Shown in pieces: positions 9,325-19,086 of a DNA stretch of 62,998 nt. Numbering within the stretch: the first letter of the stretch is position 1; each line of letters starts with the position of its first letter. The position numbers and the translations under genes are program-made. The stretch lies in NCBI GenBank assembly GCA_001770205.1, contig MEQL01000023.1, forward strand, positions 1-62,998, in the 5' to 3' direction. Origin of the DNA: Bdellovibrionales bacterium RIFOXYD12_FULL_39_22 (lineage in GTDB: Bacteria; Bdellovibrionota; Bacteriovoracia; Bacteriovoracales; Bacteriovoracaceae). The notes beneath the pieces were generated by a model. That model worked only from the letters and a program-made list of their open reading frames with translations. It had not been told where the DNA came from and ran no database searches.

Positions 9325-10170
9325 GTGAAGACGTTAGAGAAGTTTTTTTCAGCTTTATTTGATCCAGGTGAACTGGTTTGTTTTTCAAAAAATAAGTATG
9401 GGACAAGAGTTTACTATGTTTCTAGTTACTGCCCTTACTTTTTTGGACTTTTTGGCATCAACCCTTGTACTTATCGTAAAGGGATATATGTTACAGCTTT
9501 TAGAAGTTTTCTAATTGAGTTTGATGATAGATCACTCAAGGCCCAATACGATTTTGCCAAGGAGATCGGGTTACCATATACGACAATAGTTTATTCTGGC
9601 CATAGGTCGCTCCACTTTATAATTAGTCTCGCCACCGCTCTTCTTAGTATTGCTGACTATAAGGAAACAGCAATACGATTAATGCGAGCTGTGCCAGGGG
9701 CAGACAAGTCAACAAAAGACCCTTGTCGCTTTAGCAGGGCACCAATGGCCCTTAGAGAGGATACTGGAAAAGTTCAGGGTATCGTAGAAATCAAAGAACG
9801 AATTCCAAACGACTACTTTTTTCAGTGGCTAGACAGCAGAGCACCTGCACCGGCTAAAAAGGAAGTCGCCGCTAAGAAAATATACACAAAAGCATTCAAT
9901 GAGCGGGGAACTGGGGAAACGGGGAAAAATATAAAACTAACCCAGCTACCCCCTTTTGTTTATCGGCGATTACTTGAAGACCGGGAATCACCAGACGAGG
10001 GGCGTAATAATTTTTGGCACTGGATTGGACATTGGTGCCGCAAAAAAGGTTTTGATGTTGAAGATGCTGTAGACCAACTTGAATATTACTTTGATGAAGA
10101 GGGTGACTTTAGGAGGGATGAGTGGAAACGGGCAATTGAAAATGCATATGTCTATCATACTGACAACTAG
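9325..10170 (+). CDS. AEP-superfamily primase/polymerase (RepB-primase-like) with a PriCT-like C-terminus
   Basis: FLIEFD (motif I), YSGHRSLH (motif II), D..KDPCRFSRAP (motif III), C-terminal GRNN helix; AGGAG RBS. Confidence 0.8.
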   Translation: MKTLEKFFSALFDPGELVCFSKNKYGTRVYYVSSYCPYFFGLFGINPCTYRKGIYVTAFRSFLIEFDDRSLKAQYDFAKEIGLPYTTIVYSGHRSLHFIISLATALLSIADYKETAIRLMRAVPGADKSTKDPCRFSRAPMALREDTGKVQGIVEIKERIPNDYFFQWLDSRAPAPAKKEVAAKKIYTKAFNERGTGETGKNIKLTQLPPFVYRRLLEDRESPDEGRNNFWHWIGHWCRKKGFDVEDAVDQLEYYFDEEGDFRRDEWKRAIENAYVYHTDN

Positions 10171-10268
10171 ATCGATGTAGCAAAAAATATGAGCTGAGAT
10201 TTGAATTGAATTCCATCCTCAATAACGAGGATAGGATTTTTATTAACTTTTTTCCAAAGGAGGAAAAA

Positions 10269-10616
10269 ATGAATGTTGAAGATTGTGATATTGAAAGTGG
10301 AATTTATATTCCATTTCGACGAATTGAAGGCGGAGCACTTTTTAAGAAAATGTTTGATGAAATTGTTGCTGGGGTAGATCGGCATAAAGATGACCTTTAT
10401 TGTTACACCGGCGACATTGATTCATATCGAGTAATAGATATTGTTCAGGAGGTCTATTATAAATTTTATGAGAATTCGCATTCATTAGAATCAAAAGAAC
10501 TGGTTGCGACGTTACCAGAGTTCGTAGGTGCTTTAAGACGATACGATTCAAGAAAAATCGATATTGATTTGAAGTATGAAATATTGAGTGCAATGGTGTG
10601 TGCTTTTATTAGGTAG
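10269..10616 (+). CDS. Hypothetical protein
   Basis: ATG 10269 after AGGAGG. Confidence 0.6.
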   Translation: MNVEDCDIESGIYIPFRRIEGGALFKKMFDEIVAGVDRHKDDLYCYTGDIDSYRVIDIVQEVYYKFYENSHSLESKELVATLPEFVGALRRYDSRKIDIDLKYEILSAMVCAFIR

Positions 10617-10706
10617 TTTAAGCTTTGCAAAGTAGATGGTTTTTTGAGTATTTCGCTTCATTCCTCACAGAGGGAAGAAATTAATAATTTTTACAAGGAG
10701 AATAAA

Positions 10707-11141
10707 ATGAAAAAATTAATTGCAAATTTTGATTTTCACGCAAGAGTAATCGGAGTAGAGGCTTCAATATGTAAGATAAACAAGGCAGTTGTTAAGGAGG
10801 TTCAGAAAAAAGAAAAGAAAATTTTTTTGGAAAAAGGAAAAATAAACTATGGGTTGATTTATCGCATTTTTGACCGTAATTGGCAAAAATACAAGCCACT
10901 AGACTGTTATCAACTTGTTCATATTAGTGTTGAATTAACAGAATTATCGTATCAAATTGCCAGAAAATCTAGATTCAAATTTTCGGGAAATTGCTGGTAT
11001 AAAATAAACTGTCTGTTGATGCTTGCATTTTTAGAAAAATGTAATGTTAACAAATTGTTTAAAGAGCTTCAGCGAGATGACAAACAGCTAGTCCAAGCAA
11101 TAAAGGATGGTGAAATCGATCCATTAGATTTGCAAGCGTGA
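10707..11141 (+). CDS. Hypothetical protein
   Basis: ATG 10707 after AAGGAG. Confidence 0.6.
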   Translation: MKKLIANFDFHARVIGVEASICKINKAVVKEVQKKEKKIFLEKGKINYGLIYRIFDRNWQKYKPLDCYQLVHISVELTELSYQIARKSRFKFSGNCWYKINCLLMLAFLEKCNVNKLFKELQRDDKQLVQAIKDGEIDPLDLQA

Positions 11142-11234
11142 GGTATCGATGCTTTCCTTTTTGACAAAGTTTAAAATAAACTGGGCCTTTTCAAACAAGC
11201 CTCGGCAAATTAGAAGTCGCAGGAGAGATTTGTA

Positions 11235-12542
11235 ATGCGATTTGAAAAAAGAACAGTCAAATCAACGGGCGAAACTTACTATAGTTTCGTCCTGTTTGAT
11301 CCAGAGACAAACAAACGAACGAGAATTTCTAGAGAGGATACTAGAAATAGATTTGGCAAAGATATCACAACAGAGGAAGAAGCTATTCGATGTCTTGGTC
11401 TACTAGAGGCCGAAGTTGATTCTGCAAAAGCAAGATGCATCAAGCGCTTGACTTGGAAGGATAAGTATTACAGTTTTGGCAGATTGTTGGAACTATATGA
11501 ATCAAAAAGAAAAAGGAAAGCTCCGAACTCTTACAAGAATAATGTTTTTTACCTGAAGTATTACGTACTACATTATTTTTTAAATATTAAAGAATTGAAC
11601 AATATCAATCTCTGGTATGATCACTATGAAGATTTTAAACTTTGGCTTGAAAAAGATGCTTGCCTAGTCCGAAAACCACAGCAAAAAATTTCATATGCTT
11701 CGAAGAATCACTCAATCAAGGCATTGAACGTGTTTATGAGGCATCTCAAAGAAGAAAATGTTATTACTGAGGTAAAAATATTAGAGGCCTTTGAAGAGCA
11801 TCTGCTTAATGAAAGAACTGCAGATGATCTGGTTATTTTTGAACAGATGGTAAAAATAGAGCAATCGCTTAGAATAGATGGTAATCACCAAGAGGCAGAC
11901 TTCTATCGTTTTCTATACTACACAGGATTGCGCTTCAACGAAGCGATTGGCATTAGCTTTGTTGATCTTTATCAGGGCGATTTAGAAAATGGCCTTTTGA
12001 AAAATTTGATAGACAAAAATAGCATCAAATATTTTGGTTACTTGTTACTTGATAGTCAGCCAGCGGCCCAGAACAGAGCGCAGAGAGATCCAGTTACATT
12101 GAAAGTTCCTCGCAAGCCACTAAAGGGCCGCAAGAAGATTTCGGAAAAAAACTGCCGGATTATTCCAATCATAGATAAAACTACTTGGAATCTCTTAGTG
12201 ATGAGGGCCAAGCAGCAATATGATCTATATCAAAAAGGAAGTTATGGCAGTGATAAAAAGGATTACTTGCTTTTTGACTGCCTTAGCAAGGCCACCAGTG
12301 CTACCAGACTTAGAGAGGCCCACAAAAAAGAAAAACTTCGATACAAATGTTGGCATCTTTTGCGGCATACGAGGGGTACACTTTTGTTCGGAGAAACAGG
12401 GGACCGGGAATTGTCAAAAATGTGGCTCGGCCATAGCTCCAATAAAGTCTTCGAAAAATATAACCATACCTATCAACAGATGGTCAGAGGTGCAAAAAAA
12501 TCAACCAGAGAACGTGATGGCCTTGGGTTGGAGATGGTGTGA
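11235..12542 (+). CDS. Phage-type integrase (tyrosine recombinase with an N-terminal arm-binding-like region)
   Basis: YTGLRFNEA, HLLRH, WLGHSS, EKYNH catalytic motifs; 435 aa. Confidence 0.92.
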   Translation: MRFEKRTVKSTGETYYSFVLFDPETNKRTRISREDTRNRFGKDITTEEEAIRCLGLLEAEVDSAKARCIKRLTWKDKYYSFGRLLELYESKRKRKAPNSYKNNVFYLKYYVLHYFLNIKELNNINLWYDHYEDFKLWLEKDACLVRKPQQKISYASKNHSIKALNVFMRHLKEENVITEVKILEAFEEHLLNERTADDLVIFEQMVKIEQSLRIDGNHQEADFYRFLYYTGLRFNEAIGISFVDLYQGDLENGLLKNLIDKNSIKYFGYLLLDSQPAAQNRAQRDPVTLKVPRKPLKGRKKISEKNCRIIPIIDKTTWNLLVMRAKQQYDLYQKGSYGSDKKDYLLFDCLSKATSATRLREAHKKEKLRYKCWHLLRHTRGTLLFGETGDRELSKMWLGHSSNKVFEKYNHTYQQMVRGAKKSTRERDGLGLEMV

Positions 12543-12548
12543 TTTATG

Positions 12549-12968
12549 TCAGTTTTTAACAGGGGTAGATATATTTATAGGAATCCTTTTCAGAATTTCC
12601 TTTTGGATAACGGGGTGAAACTCTTCATACATTGCATTATTTCTTACATTGTTTTTTTCTTTTACTTTATCTTTTGTAATTCTAAATTCAGAATCATCAA
12701 TCCATTTTACCGACCTTTTGATTTTAACAATTTTATCACTTGTTATTTCATTATCCAAGATGATCGAAATCCCCTTTATAATTATATCTGGAGATGATGG
12801 GGAGAATGATTTTATGTAGACAATATCACCAACTTTTAATGATTGTATCATCTGATGCAGCTCAAGTGCTTCAGTCTCTTTCCATATGATTCCAATAATA
12901 CCCTCGTTCTTGAATTTACCTGATAAATCTTCTTTGTCAAAATGAGCGCCAATCCCGTAAATTGTCAT
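12549..12968 (-). CDS. Stand-alone PUA/EVE-like domain protein
   Basis: GIIGIIW...IQSLKVGDIVYIK...IKGISII...RSVKW pattern resembles PUA-superfamily domains found N-terminal to Mrr/McrB-type enzymes. Confidence 0.55.
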   Translation of the reverse strand: MTIYGIGAHFDKEDLSGKFKNEGIIGIIWKETEALELHQMIQSLKVGDIVYIKSFSPSSPDIIIKGISIILDNEITSDKIVKIKRSVKWIDDSEFRITKDKVKEKNNVRNNAMYEEFHPVIQKEILKRIPINISTPVKN

Positions 12969-13352
12969 AAGTTATTCCTGGTATAATTTAGTAGTGGCAA
13001 TATATCGGTTTATTTTCGGTGAGCTTTATTGAAAAGATATGGAAGTAATTTACTCTTTTGATATAAATTTGTCAGGCCATGAAAATATTTGCACCTGTTG
13101 TTTTTTTTGTAAAGTTATTTTCTCTGATTCCGAACAGAATTTGAAAATAGGCAAAGAGGTCAATAGTAGCAATTGGTGAAGTTTTCAGTCTTAGTCTGAA
13201 TTGTTTTGCTATTAATTTTCTCAGATGGTGTATTTACTCATACCCAGACTCTGAAAAAATCCAGCACAATCTCTTCAAGACTGGTCGAGAAGGTAAATGA
13301 AAGTAAACGATATTCAAAAAACGTAACGAATGGTTTGTTATTTGGTGGTTAT

Positions 13353-14387
13353 ATGAATAATAGAATTGAAGTGGACTATGTCCATCATCTCAGTCTTTTA
13401 GAGGGGAATGAATTTCAGGCTGAAATTGAAAAATTGTTGAATAATACATTTTGGGATTTTCAAACAATTATTGGGGATTCTGGTGATGGCGGAACAGATG
13501 GATTATATGATGGTAACACGATCCTTTGTTGTTGTTATGGCTTAAAAACTGTTGGGAAAAAACTTTCTGACGCAGATAAAAAGCAAAAGGTTATAATCAA
13601 ATTTACAAACGATATTAAAAGAGTGCTTGAGATGAGGACTAGCGGGAGAGGAAAAAACAAAAAATATGAACATAGCGAGAATAATATTCTTGGAGATATT
13701 TTAGGAGAAAGAATTAAAATCAAACAATTAACCCTAATTGTTAACTACTACGATAACTCACTAATAGGTAGATTAAATGATATCTTTGATGAGTTAAAGC
13801 AAAAATCACAACTAAATTTTATAAGCCCTAAATGCACACTTGTTATACATGGCCCTGAAAAGATATATAGTTTGTGTAATATTACAGAAAATGATTTGGT
13901 CCGATTAAAATATAAAAAAATATTGTCCATACTTGAAATGGCAGTTAGTGCTGACCGACCAGTTGATTTGCTAGAGCAATCAGACCTTAAAGAATATGAA
14001 GAAAAAATAAAATATTTAGAAGAAAACTTTTGTGATACTGAAGAAAAACGCCAAACACTTGTTGATTACAAAAATGACAATCTTGAAGCCTGGTGCCGTT
14101 ATATAATATTTATGCAAAAACTAAAAAAAGAAGCACCTCGAATATTTGAGAAAGCAATAATACAAGGCAATAACGTGTTAAAAGAAATGAAAAATTTGAT
14201 TTTTGGAAAAACATTGGATCCATACGAAAAAATCGAAAAGTTTGAAGAAAAGCTAAAAGACAAATGGGTAAAAATATTTGACAATAATGAAAATGATAAA
14301 ATTCAAGATATTATTAATATGGATTGTGCCAATTTAATAGGAACCTGCCCGCTAGATTGGCGAGATAATAGGAAAAAAAGTGCATAA
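13353..14387 (+). CDS. ABC three-component/Lamassu-type effector with an N-terminal restriction-endonuclease-like domain (LmuA-like)
   Basis: FQ..I..L...F..FQ...GDGGTDG...CYG motif; helical C-terminus ending LIGTCPLDW; overlaps the next gene. Confidence 0.7.
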   Translation: MNNRIEVDYVHHLSLLEGNEFQAEIEKLLNNTFWDFQTIIGDSGDGGTDGLYDGNTILCCCYGLKTVGKKLSDADKKQKVIIKFTNDIKRVLEMRTSGRGKNKKYEHSENNILGDILGERIKIKQLTLIVNYYDNSLIGRLNDIFDELKQKSQLNFISPKCTLVIHGPEKIYSLCNITENDLVRLKYKKILSILEMAVSADRPVDLLEQSDLKEYEEKIKYLEENFCDTEEKRQTLVDYKNDNLEAWCRYIIFMQKLKKEAPRIFEKAIIQGNNVLKEMKNLIFGKTLDPYEKIEKFEEKLKDKWVKIFDNNENDKIQDIINMDCANLIGTCPLDWRDNRKKSA

Positions 14388-14901
14388 CAATCTTATATCA
14401 TTTCTGAAAAGCAAAAATATTAAGATTGATCTTAATGAGGACAGGATAACTAAATTAGTAGATTTGGATATCGAATTAAAAACAACAATTCTTTTAATTG
14501 TTGTTGATGTTTTTGGTAAAAGCTCCAATAACTCCAGTAGAAAAATTATTAACCGCAATTATTTAAAGCTTTTGTTATATCTCGCATTGAATCCTCTGGA
14601 ATTAGAAAATGTATGCAGGCTCAAGAGTGCTTCCTCTGGTACGTTTTTTGAGCACTTAACTGGACTGGAAACGTTCTATAAAACGTGGAGTTATTTTGAA
14701 AAAGTGTTCACTTTTCTTAAGGTCCAGGGGGTTTTTAAAGAAGTTTCAAAAACGCAAATAGAGTTATGCGACAAAGGTGTAACAGCGTTAGAAATATTAA
14801 ATACAAAGATAAAAGACCAATCGTTGTTTGTTGATCAATTTAACGCTTTGATTGAATTTAAGAATATGAAATTGAAATTATCAGATCTTGGAGTAAAATG
14901 A
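14380..14901 (+). CDS. ABC-3C middle component (LmuC-like, winged-helix-like)
   Basis: 173 aa, translationally coupled between the effector and the ATPase; FLKVQGV...IELCDKG resembles a wHTH wing. Confidence 0.65.
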   Translation: MHNNLISFLKSKNIKIDLNEDRITKLVDLDIELKTTILLIVVDVFGKSSNNSSRKIINRNYLKLLLYLALNPLELENVCRLKSASSGTFFEHLTGLETFYKTWSYFEKVFTFLKVQGVFKEVSKTQIELCDKGVTALEILNTKIKDQSLFVDQFNALIEFKNMKLKLSDLGVK

Positions 14902-16946
14902 TTCAAATTGAGAAGCTAGAAATTTTTGGTGAATCTGAAAATGGAAAATTTTGTGGCGACATTAATTTTTGTCCAGGCCTTAATGTTATTAATGCTGTAA
15001 ATGGATATGGGAAGACTTTGATTTTTTCGGGAATAATTTGGAGTTTAGGACTAGAGCAATATTTGACGAACCTTCCTAATGATTTATCAATTTGGAGCGA
15101 TGCTGTTGTAGATAGGGTTCAGCTGAAAGATGGTAAGCAATATATTGTTAAAAAGTCATTAGCTGCACTAACATTCATCACTGAGGACAAGACGCGTATT
15201 AGGTTAACAAGATCAATTATTGGGGGCGATAAAGAAACAGTTTTATGTGAAGAGCTTGGCCAGACGAATGATTCTGAATCGCAAAAAGTTAAGAAGCAAT
15301 TCAACCTTTATACATCTAGGCAAAAAACATTTTCGAACGAAAACATTAGCTTGATGAGAAATATATACAAATGGGCTGGGATTGATTTTTTGGAAGTATA
15401 CACAAGGTCTGGTGATAGCCGAATTTATTTAGAGAACTTAGCTCCATATTTCATTATTGCTCAAATGGGTGGATGGAATGACCTGTTCGCTGATCAGGTT
15501 CGAAAGTATGGAATTATAGAGATTGATCAAATTGCGTTTGAGCATATCCTCAATTTGAAGGGTTATCTTCAAAAAAGATTGGCTAAAATTAAATATGATT
15601 TGAATAATTCTATGTTTCGAAGTGAGTTGTTAACAATTTTGTTAAAAATTAATGAGTTGATAAGCAAGTTTAGCGACGATAGCCTTTCGGTTGCAACAAA
15701 AAACTTGGAAACACTCATTAAAGAATATTCTGACTTTTCTATTGATAATTATTTTGAAAAAAAATTTAATTTTGTATTTGCGAAAGAAAAGGAGAGGTTA
15801 ATCGATTCTCAAAAATTAATTTATAAAAAAATTGATCTTACCGAAGAGAACAATCCAGAAATTAAAAAGAGCAGTGGGCTTGATGAAAAACGGGAGAAAT
15901 TACTGGTCCTCAAAAAAGAACGTCGTGAAATTGATGAAAAACTTGATTTCGTGAATAGTCAGCTTATCGATGATTCTGTAGCGATTAGAGAAGAACGAAC
16001 AAAATTGAACTTATACACAAACTTAAAAATTCTAAAGAAAGATGGGGTAGGCCTTTTACAAGAAAATTATTGTTGTCCAACCTGCACACAAAATGTAAAT
16101 CCAGAGCGATATGATGTAAAAAATCTCAATGAAAGCGATGTTGAGTTGTCTGTAGAAATAAAAAAAGTAGAAATTTCCGCACTAACGACTTCCCTAGAGA
16201 AAAGAAACCAACAGAGGAATAAACTTTTGGAATTTCGAGAATCAATACAAGGCGAGATAAAAAAATTTGAAGAAGAATTTAAAACTCTAGACAACTCCTT
16301 TTCAATCAATAAGCGTTACTTGTTGGAATGTTCTGCAAAGTTATCTGAAATTCAAAGCGAAATTGATAAGCTTGATAACTTTAAAACAAAAACGGAAACA
16401 GTTCAGAATGAGTTAAATCAAAAAATAAAGGATATTTCCGGGCACATGGAGAACAAAGAGCTTCAGATAAAGGAACAAGAAATTTTAATTGTCAAAAAGT
16501 TTAATCAAAAATTCATTGAATATGTTGAGAAGATACAGTTAACTGCTTTTAAGCTTGATACCTCTGGCGTAGAACATAAGAAAATAACAATTGATGAATC
16601 TAATGATTACATTCCTTTTCTGGACAATAAACCACTAAAAAGATATTGCTCAGCTAGTGATCAAAGTAAAATAATATTTGCATATTTACTTGCTATGCAA
16701 TCAGTTGCCTGCCAGCGAGATGGAGCAAATCACTTAGGATTTACTCTATTTGATGAACCCATCCAACAGAACCCAGGTGGAGAATATCGATCAACCATAA
16801 TTGATTTTTTTTCCTACCTCAGCAAAAGTACCGAGGGGCAAATTATAATTTTCACAAAGTTAGAAAAAGGGGAAGAAGATAAGCTAAGTTCCTCTTCTTT
16901 TTTTCAAGATTTGACGGGAAAAAGGTTTTTAAAAAATTGTTCCTGA
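14898..16946 (+). CDS. SMC/Rad50-like ABC ATPase with zinc hook (LmuB-like)
   Basis: Walker A NGYGKT, Q-loop IAQ, coiled coil with CPTC hook, signature SASD, Walker B LFDEP, GQIIIF strand. Confidence 0.88.
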   Translation: MIQIEKLEIFGESENGKFCGDINFCPGLNVINAVNGYGKTLIFSGIIWSLGLEQYLTNLPNDLSIWSDAVVDRVQLKDGKQYIVKKSLAALTFITEDKTRIRLTRSIIGGDKETVLCEELGQTNDSESQKVKKQFNLYTSRQKTFSNENISLMRNIYKWAGIDFLEVYTRSGDSRIYLENLAPYFIIAQMGGWNDLFADQVRKYGIIEIDQIAFEHILNLKGYLQKRLAKIKYDLNNSMFRSELLTILLKINELISKFSDDSLSVATKNLETLIKEYSDFSIDNYFEKKFNFVFAKEKERLIDSQKLIYKKIDLTEENNPEIKKSSGLDEKREKLLVLKKERREIDEKLDFVNSQLIDDSVAIREERTKLNLYTNLKILKKDGVGLLQENYCCPTCTQNVNPERYDVKNLNESDVELSVEIKKVEISALTTSLEKRNQQRNKLLEFRESIQGEIKKFEEEFKTLDNSFSINKRYLLECSAKLSEIQSEIDKLDNFKTKTETVQNELNQKIKDISGHMENKELQIKEQEILIVKKFNQKFIEYVEKIQLTAFKLDTSGVEHKKITIDESNDYIPFLDNKPLKRYCSASDQSKIIFAYLLAMQSVACQRDGANHLGFTLFDEPIQQNPGGEYRSTIIDFFSYLSKSTEGQIIIFTKLEKGEEDKLSSSSFFQDLTGKRFLKNCS

Positions 16947-17058
16947 TTCCATTTTAGCAAGTACTTCTGAATTCAATTTTCAATTGAGTTAGTAGACTCA
17001 CTGTTACGTAGCCGAACACAACTAATAGAGTTTAATTGGCAGTTTCCCCAATATTTTC

Positions 17059-18144
17059 TTAAAGGAGGGAGCTTATTATTTCAAATGGGTTTTTGGCAAA
17101 ATCCTCAAAAGATTTATTTGTATAATTTATCGAAGAGGCTCCAAGAAAACGTTCATATCTATATTTTTCATCAGCACAAATGCTAGGTTTTTTATCTTTG
17201 TAATGATTGATTACTGTAAAATGTAATTGGGATCTTCTATTAACTTGGGCGCGCTTAAGCAAATATTTTATGTGAATATCAGCATCAGGGAAGGAGTAAC
17301 CACAGAAAATAATGTGTTTAACCTTTCTAAGTATGTTATCTGCTTTATTCCAAATCTCACCAAGAAAAACATTATTCATATCCTTGTGAAAAGACGGTGG
17401 GATAATAATTGGAGAGTATATTCCGTCACATTCTTTGCACGCAGCATCTTCAAAATTTGTAATAAGTTTTGTTACAACCCCTTTCTCTTTGGGAGTTATT
17501 TCCAACTCGTTGCAGGTTGGACAAAAAAGCCAATTTAGTGATCCATGTAACTTTAGGAGATAAACATTCTTCGAAAGCTTGGGGCGTTTCCAGTCATCGG
17601 GCCAATTAAAGTTTCTAAAATCTACGCCGTAGTTAAGATCGACCGAATGGAACTTATCTGTGAGAGCATTATCAATAAGGATATCGTAGTTAGTAGAAAT
17701 AAAGGCTGTCTTCTTCAATAGATTTGCATTTAATAACTGCCCCACAAGCTGTTTGTGGATTGTTGTTGATGTTTTAAGCTTTTGATCCAGTGTTTTTGCC
17801 ACAAGAAATACTAGGTGCTGAGCGATCGTACGGAGACGTCCACTATTGGAAGCACGGTTTTCAAGATCAAAATCCTTAAAGGATTCTTTTCGTAATAGAC
17901 CGAGATCAATCATACCAAGAACTTCTTCAAATGTTGGGAATATGATGTTTTTTAAATTTTCTTTTTTATCAATTTCAATATTAAACATAGAATTAAAAAA
18001 TGTTGCAAGTTCCCGATCCATTTCATTCGAGTTTTTTTGAAATTCATTAGAGGAAAAGTAATCATAAAATAATTCACCCTGGAGAGGAGCGCCTTCTGCT
18101 TTTGAAGCACCTGCGCCTAAAAAAATTGCAACATCAATTGTCAT
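17059..18144 (-). CDS. SIR2-like (SIR2_2) NAD-consuming protein
   Basis: FLGAGAS, STNYD, KLHGSLNW, CPTC/CKEC zinc site, IIPP, GYSFPDAD. Confidence 0.9.
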   Translation of the reverse strand: MTIDVAIFLGAGASKAEGAPLQGELFYDYFSSNEFQKNSNEMDRELATFFNSMFNIEIDKKENLKNIIFPTFEEVLGMIDLGLLRKESFKDFDLENRASNSGRLRTIAQHLVFLVAKTLDQKLKTSTTIHKQLVGQLLNANLLKKTAFISTNYDILIDNALTDKFHSVDLNYGVDFRNFNWPDDWKRPKLSKNVYLLKLHGSLNWLFCPTCNELEITPKEKGVVTKLITNFEDAACKECDGIYSPIIIPPSFHKDMNNVFLGEIWNKADNILRKVKHIIFCGYSFPDADIHIKYLLKRAQVNRRSQLHFTVINHYKDKKPSICADEKYRYERFLGASSINYTNKSFEDFAKNPFEIISSLL

Positions 18145-18200
18145 AGTAATTTCCAAATTACGTTTTGAAATGATTTTTTTAAAATTTCTTGATTTAGTTG

Positions 18201-18464
18201 TTAATTACACTCTGAGATTCTATGATCGAATGATGTTATATCGGGAGATTGTCCTTGCTTTGTACATAATTGATTGGCCTCTGTAATGTTTGAGGCTTCC
18301 AAAACGACTACCATGTGATGTTCGTCAATAAAATTTTTCAATTTATCTTTAAAAGAATAATTGCACTTACAGGTAAGTTTGGTTGTTTCTTTTGGTTGTT
18401 CCATTTTTGGTGTGGCGCAGGAAGCAAGGAGTGATAATAAAATAACAAGACTAAAAAGTTTCAT
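18201..18464 (-). CDS. Small Cys-containing lipoprotein
   Basis: Lipobox LLASC. Confidence 0.75.
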   Translation of the reverse strand: MKLFSLVILLSLLASCATPKMEQPKETTKLTCKCNYSFKDKLKNFIDEHHMVVVLEASNITEANQLCTKQGQSPDITSFDHRISECN

Positions 18465-18530
18465 AATATCCTTATGTGAATAAAAGAGGTTAATAATTTA
18501 TCATTATATCAGACAAAAGTTTTTTTGCGA

Positions 18531-18971
18531 TTATATTTTTTTCCTAAAATACACAACTCTTTCTGTTTCTTTAAACCCCCAGGCATTGTGCGCCTGTATC
18601 GAAATATGATTTTCAATACCGCAGTCTGAACAAATTTCTTTATACCCATTGGCCTTTCCCCAGACTTCTAGTTTCTCAATGAGGGTATTGGCAATTTTGT
18701 TTCTACGGTGAGATTGATCTACCCAAATTCCCTCCGCAAAGAGTACTGGTTGATGTTCACAGCCATTGGCATATTTTCTGATACACGCTTCAAGAAAACC
18801 AATGAGATTTTTGTTTTCATCTTCAACAACAAAACAGAGAAATTCTTTATCGTTGAATGATGTTGATATGTCGGTAATATGTTTTTCTATTGTAGAAGGC
18901 CAAAGTTTTTGTCTCAAAGTGGCCCACGCCTGGATATCTCTTGTTGATGCTGATCGAATTTTGAAATTCAT
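18531..18971 (-). CDS. aac(6')-I: Aminoglycoside 6'-N-acetyltransferase-like GNAT (AAC(6')-I family)
   Basis: LRQKLWP, YANGC, EGIWV, SD...N..S...H, GFKETERVVYFRK are typical of the AAC(6')-Ic/Iy-type subfamily. Confidence 0.8.
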   Translation of the reverse strand: MNFKIRSASTRDIQAWATLRQKLWPSTIEKHITDISTSFNDKEFLCFVVEDENKNLIGFLEACIRKYANGCEHQPVLFAEGIWVDQSHRRNKIANTLIEKLEVWGKANGYKEICSDCGIENHISIQAHNAWGFKETERVVYFRKKI

Positions 18972-19086
18972 TTTTTCCTTGTAAGTCTAAAAGTTAACGC
19001 ACTTCTCCGGTCACTATGAACCATATACCTTTTTATAAGGCTTATACGCTGATTTTGGGTAATTAATCTGTTTATAGAAAAAGTAT

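Noticed and set aside
13206..13352. N-terminal extension of the ABC-3C effector in the ORF track
   Set aside because: TTG start without RBS; ATG 13353 preceded by GGTGG is the more plausible start.
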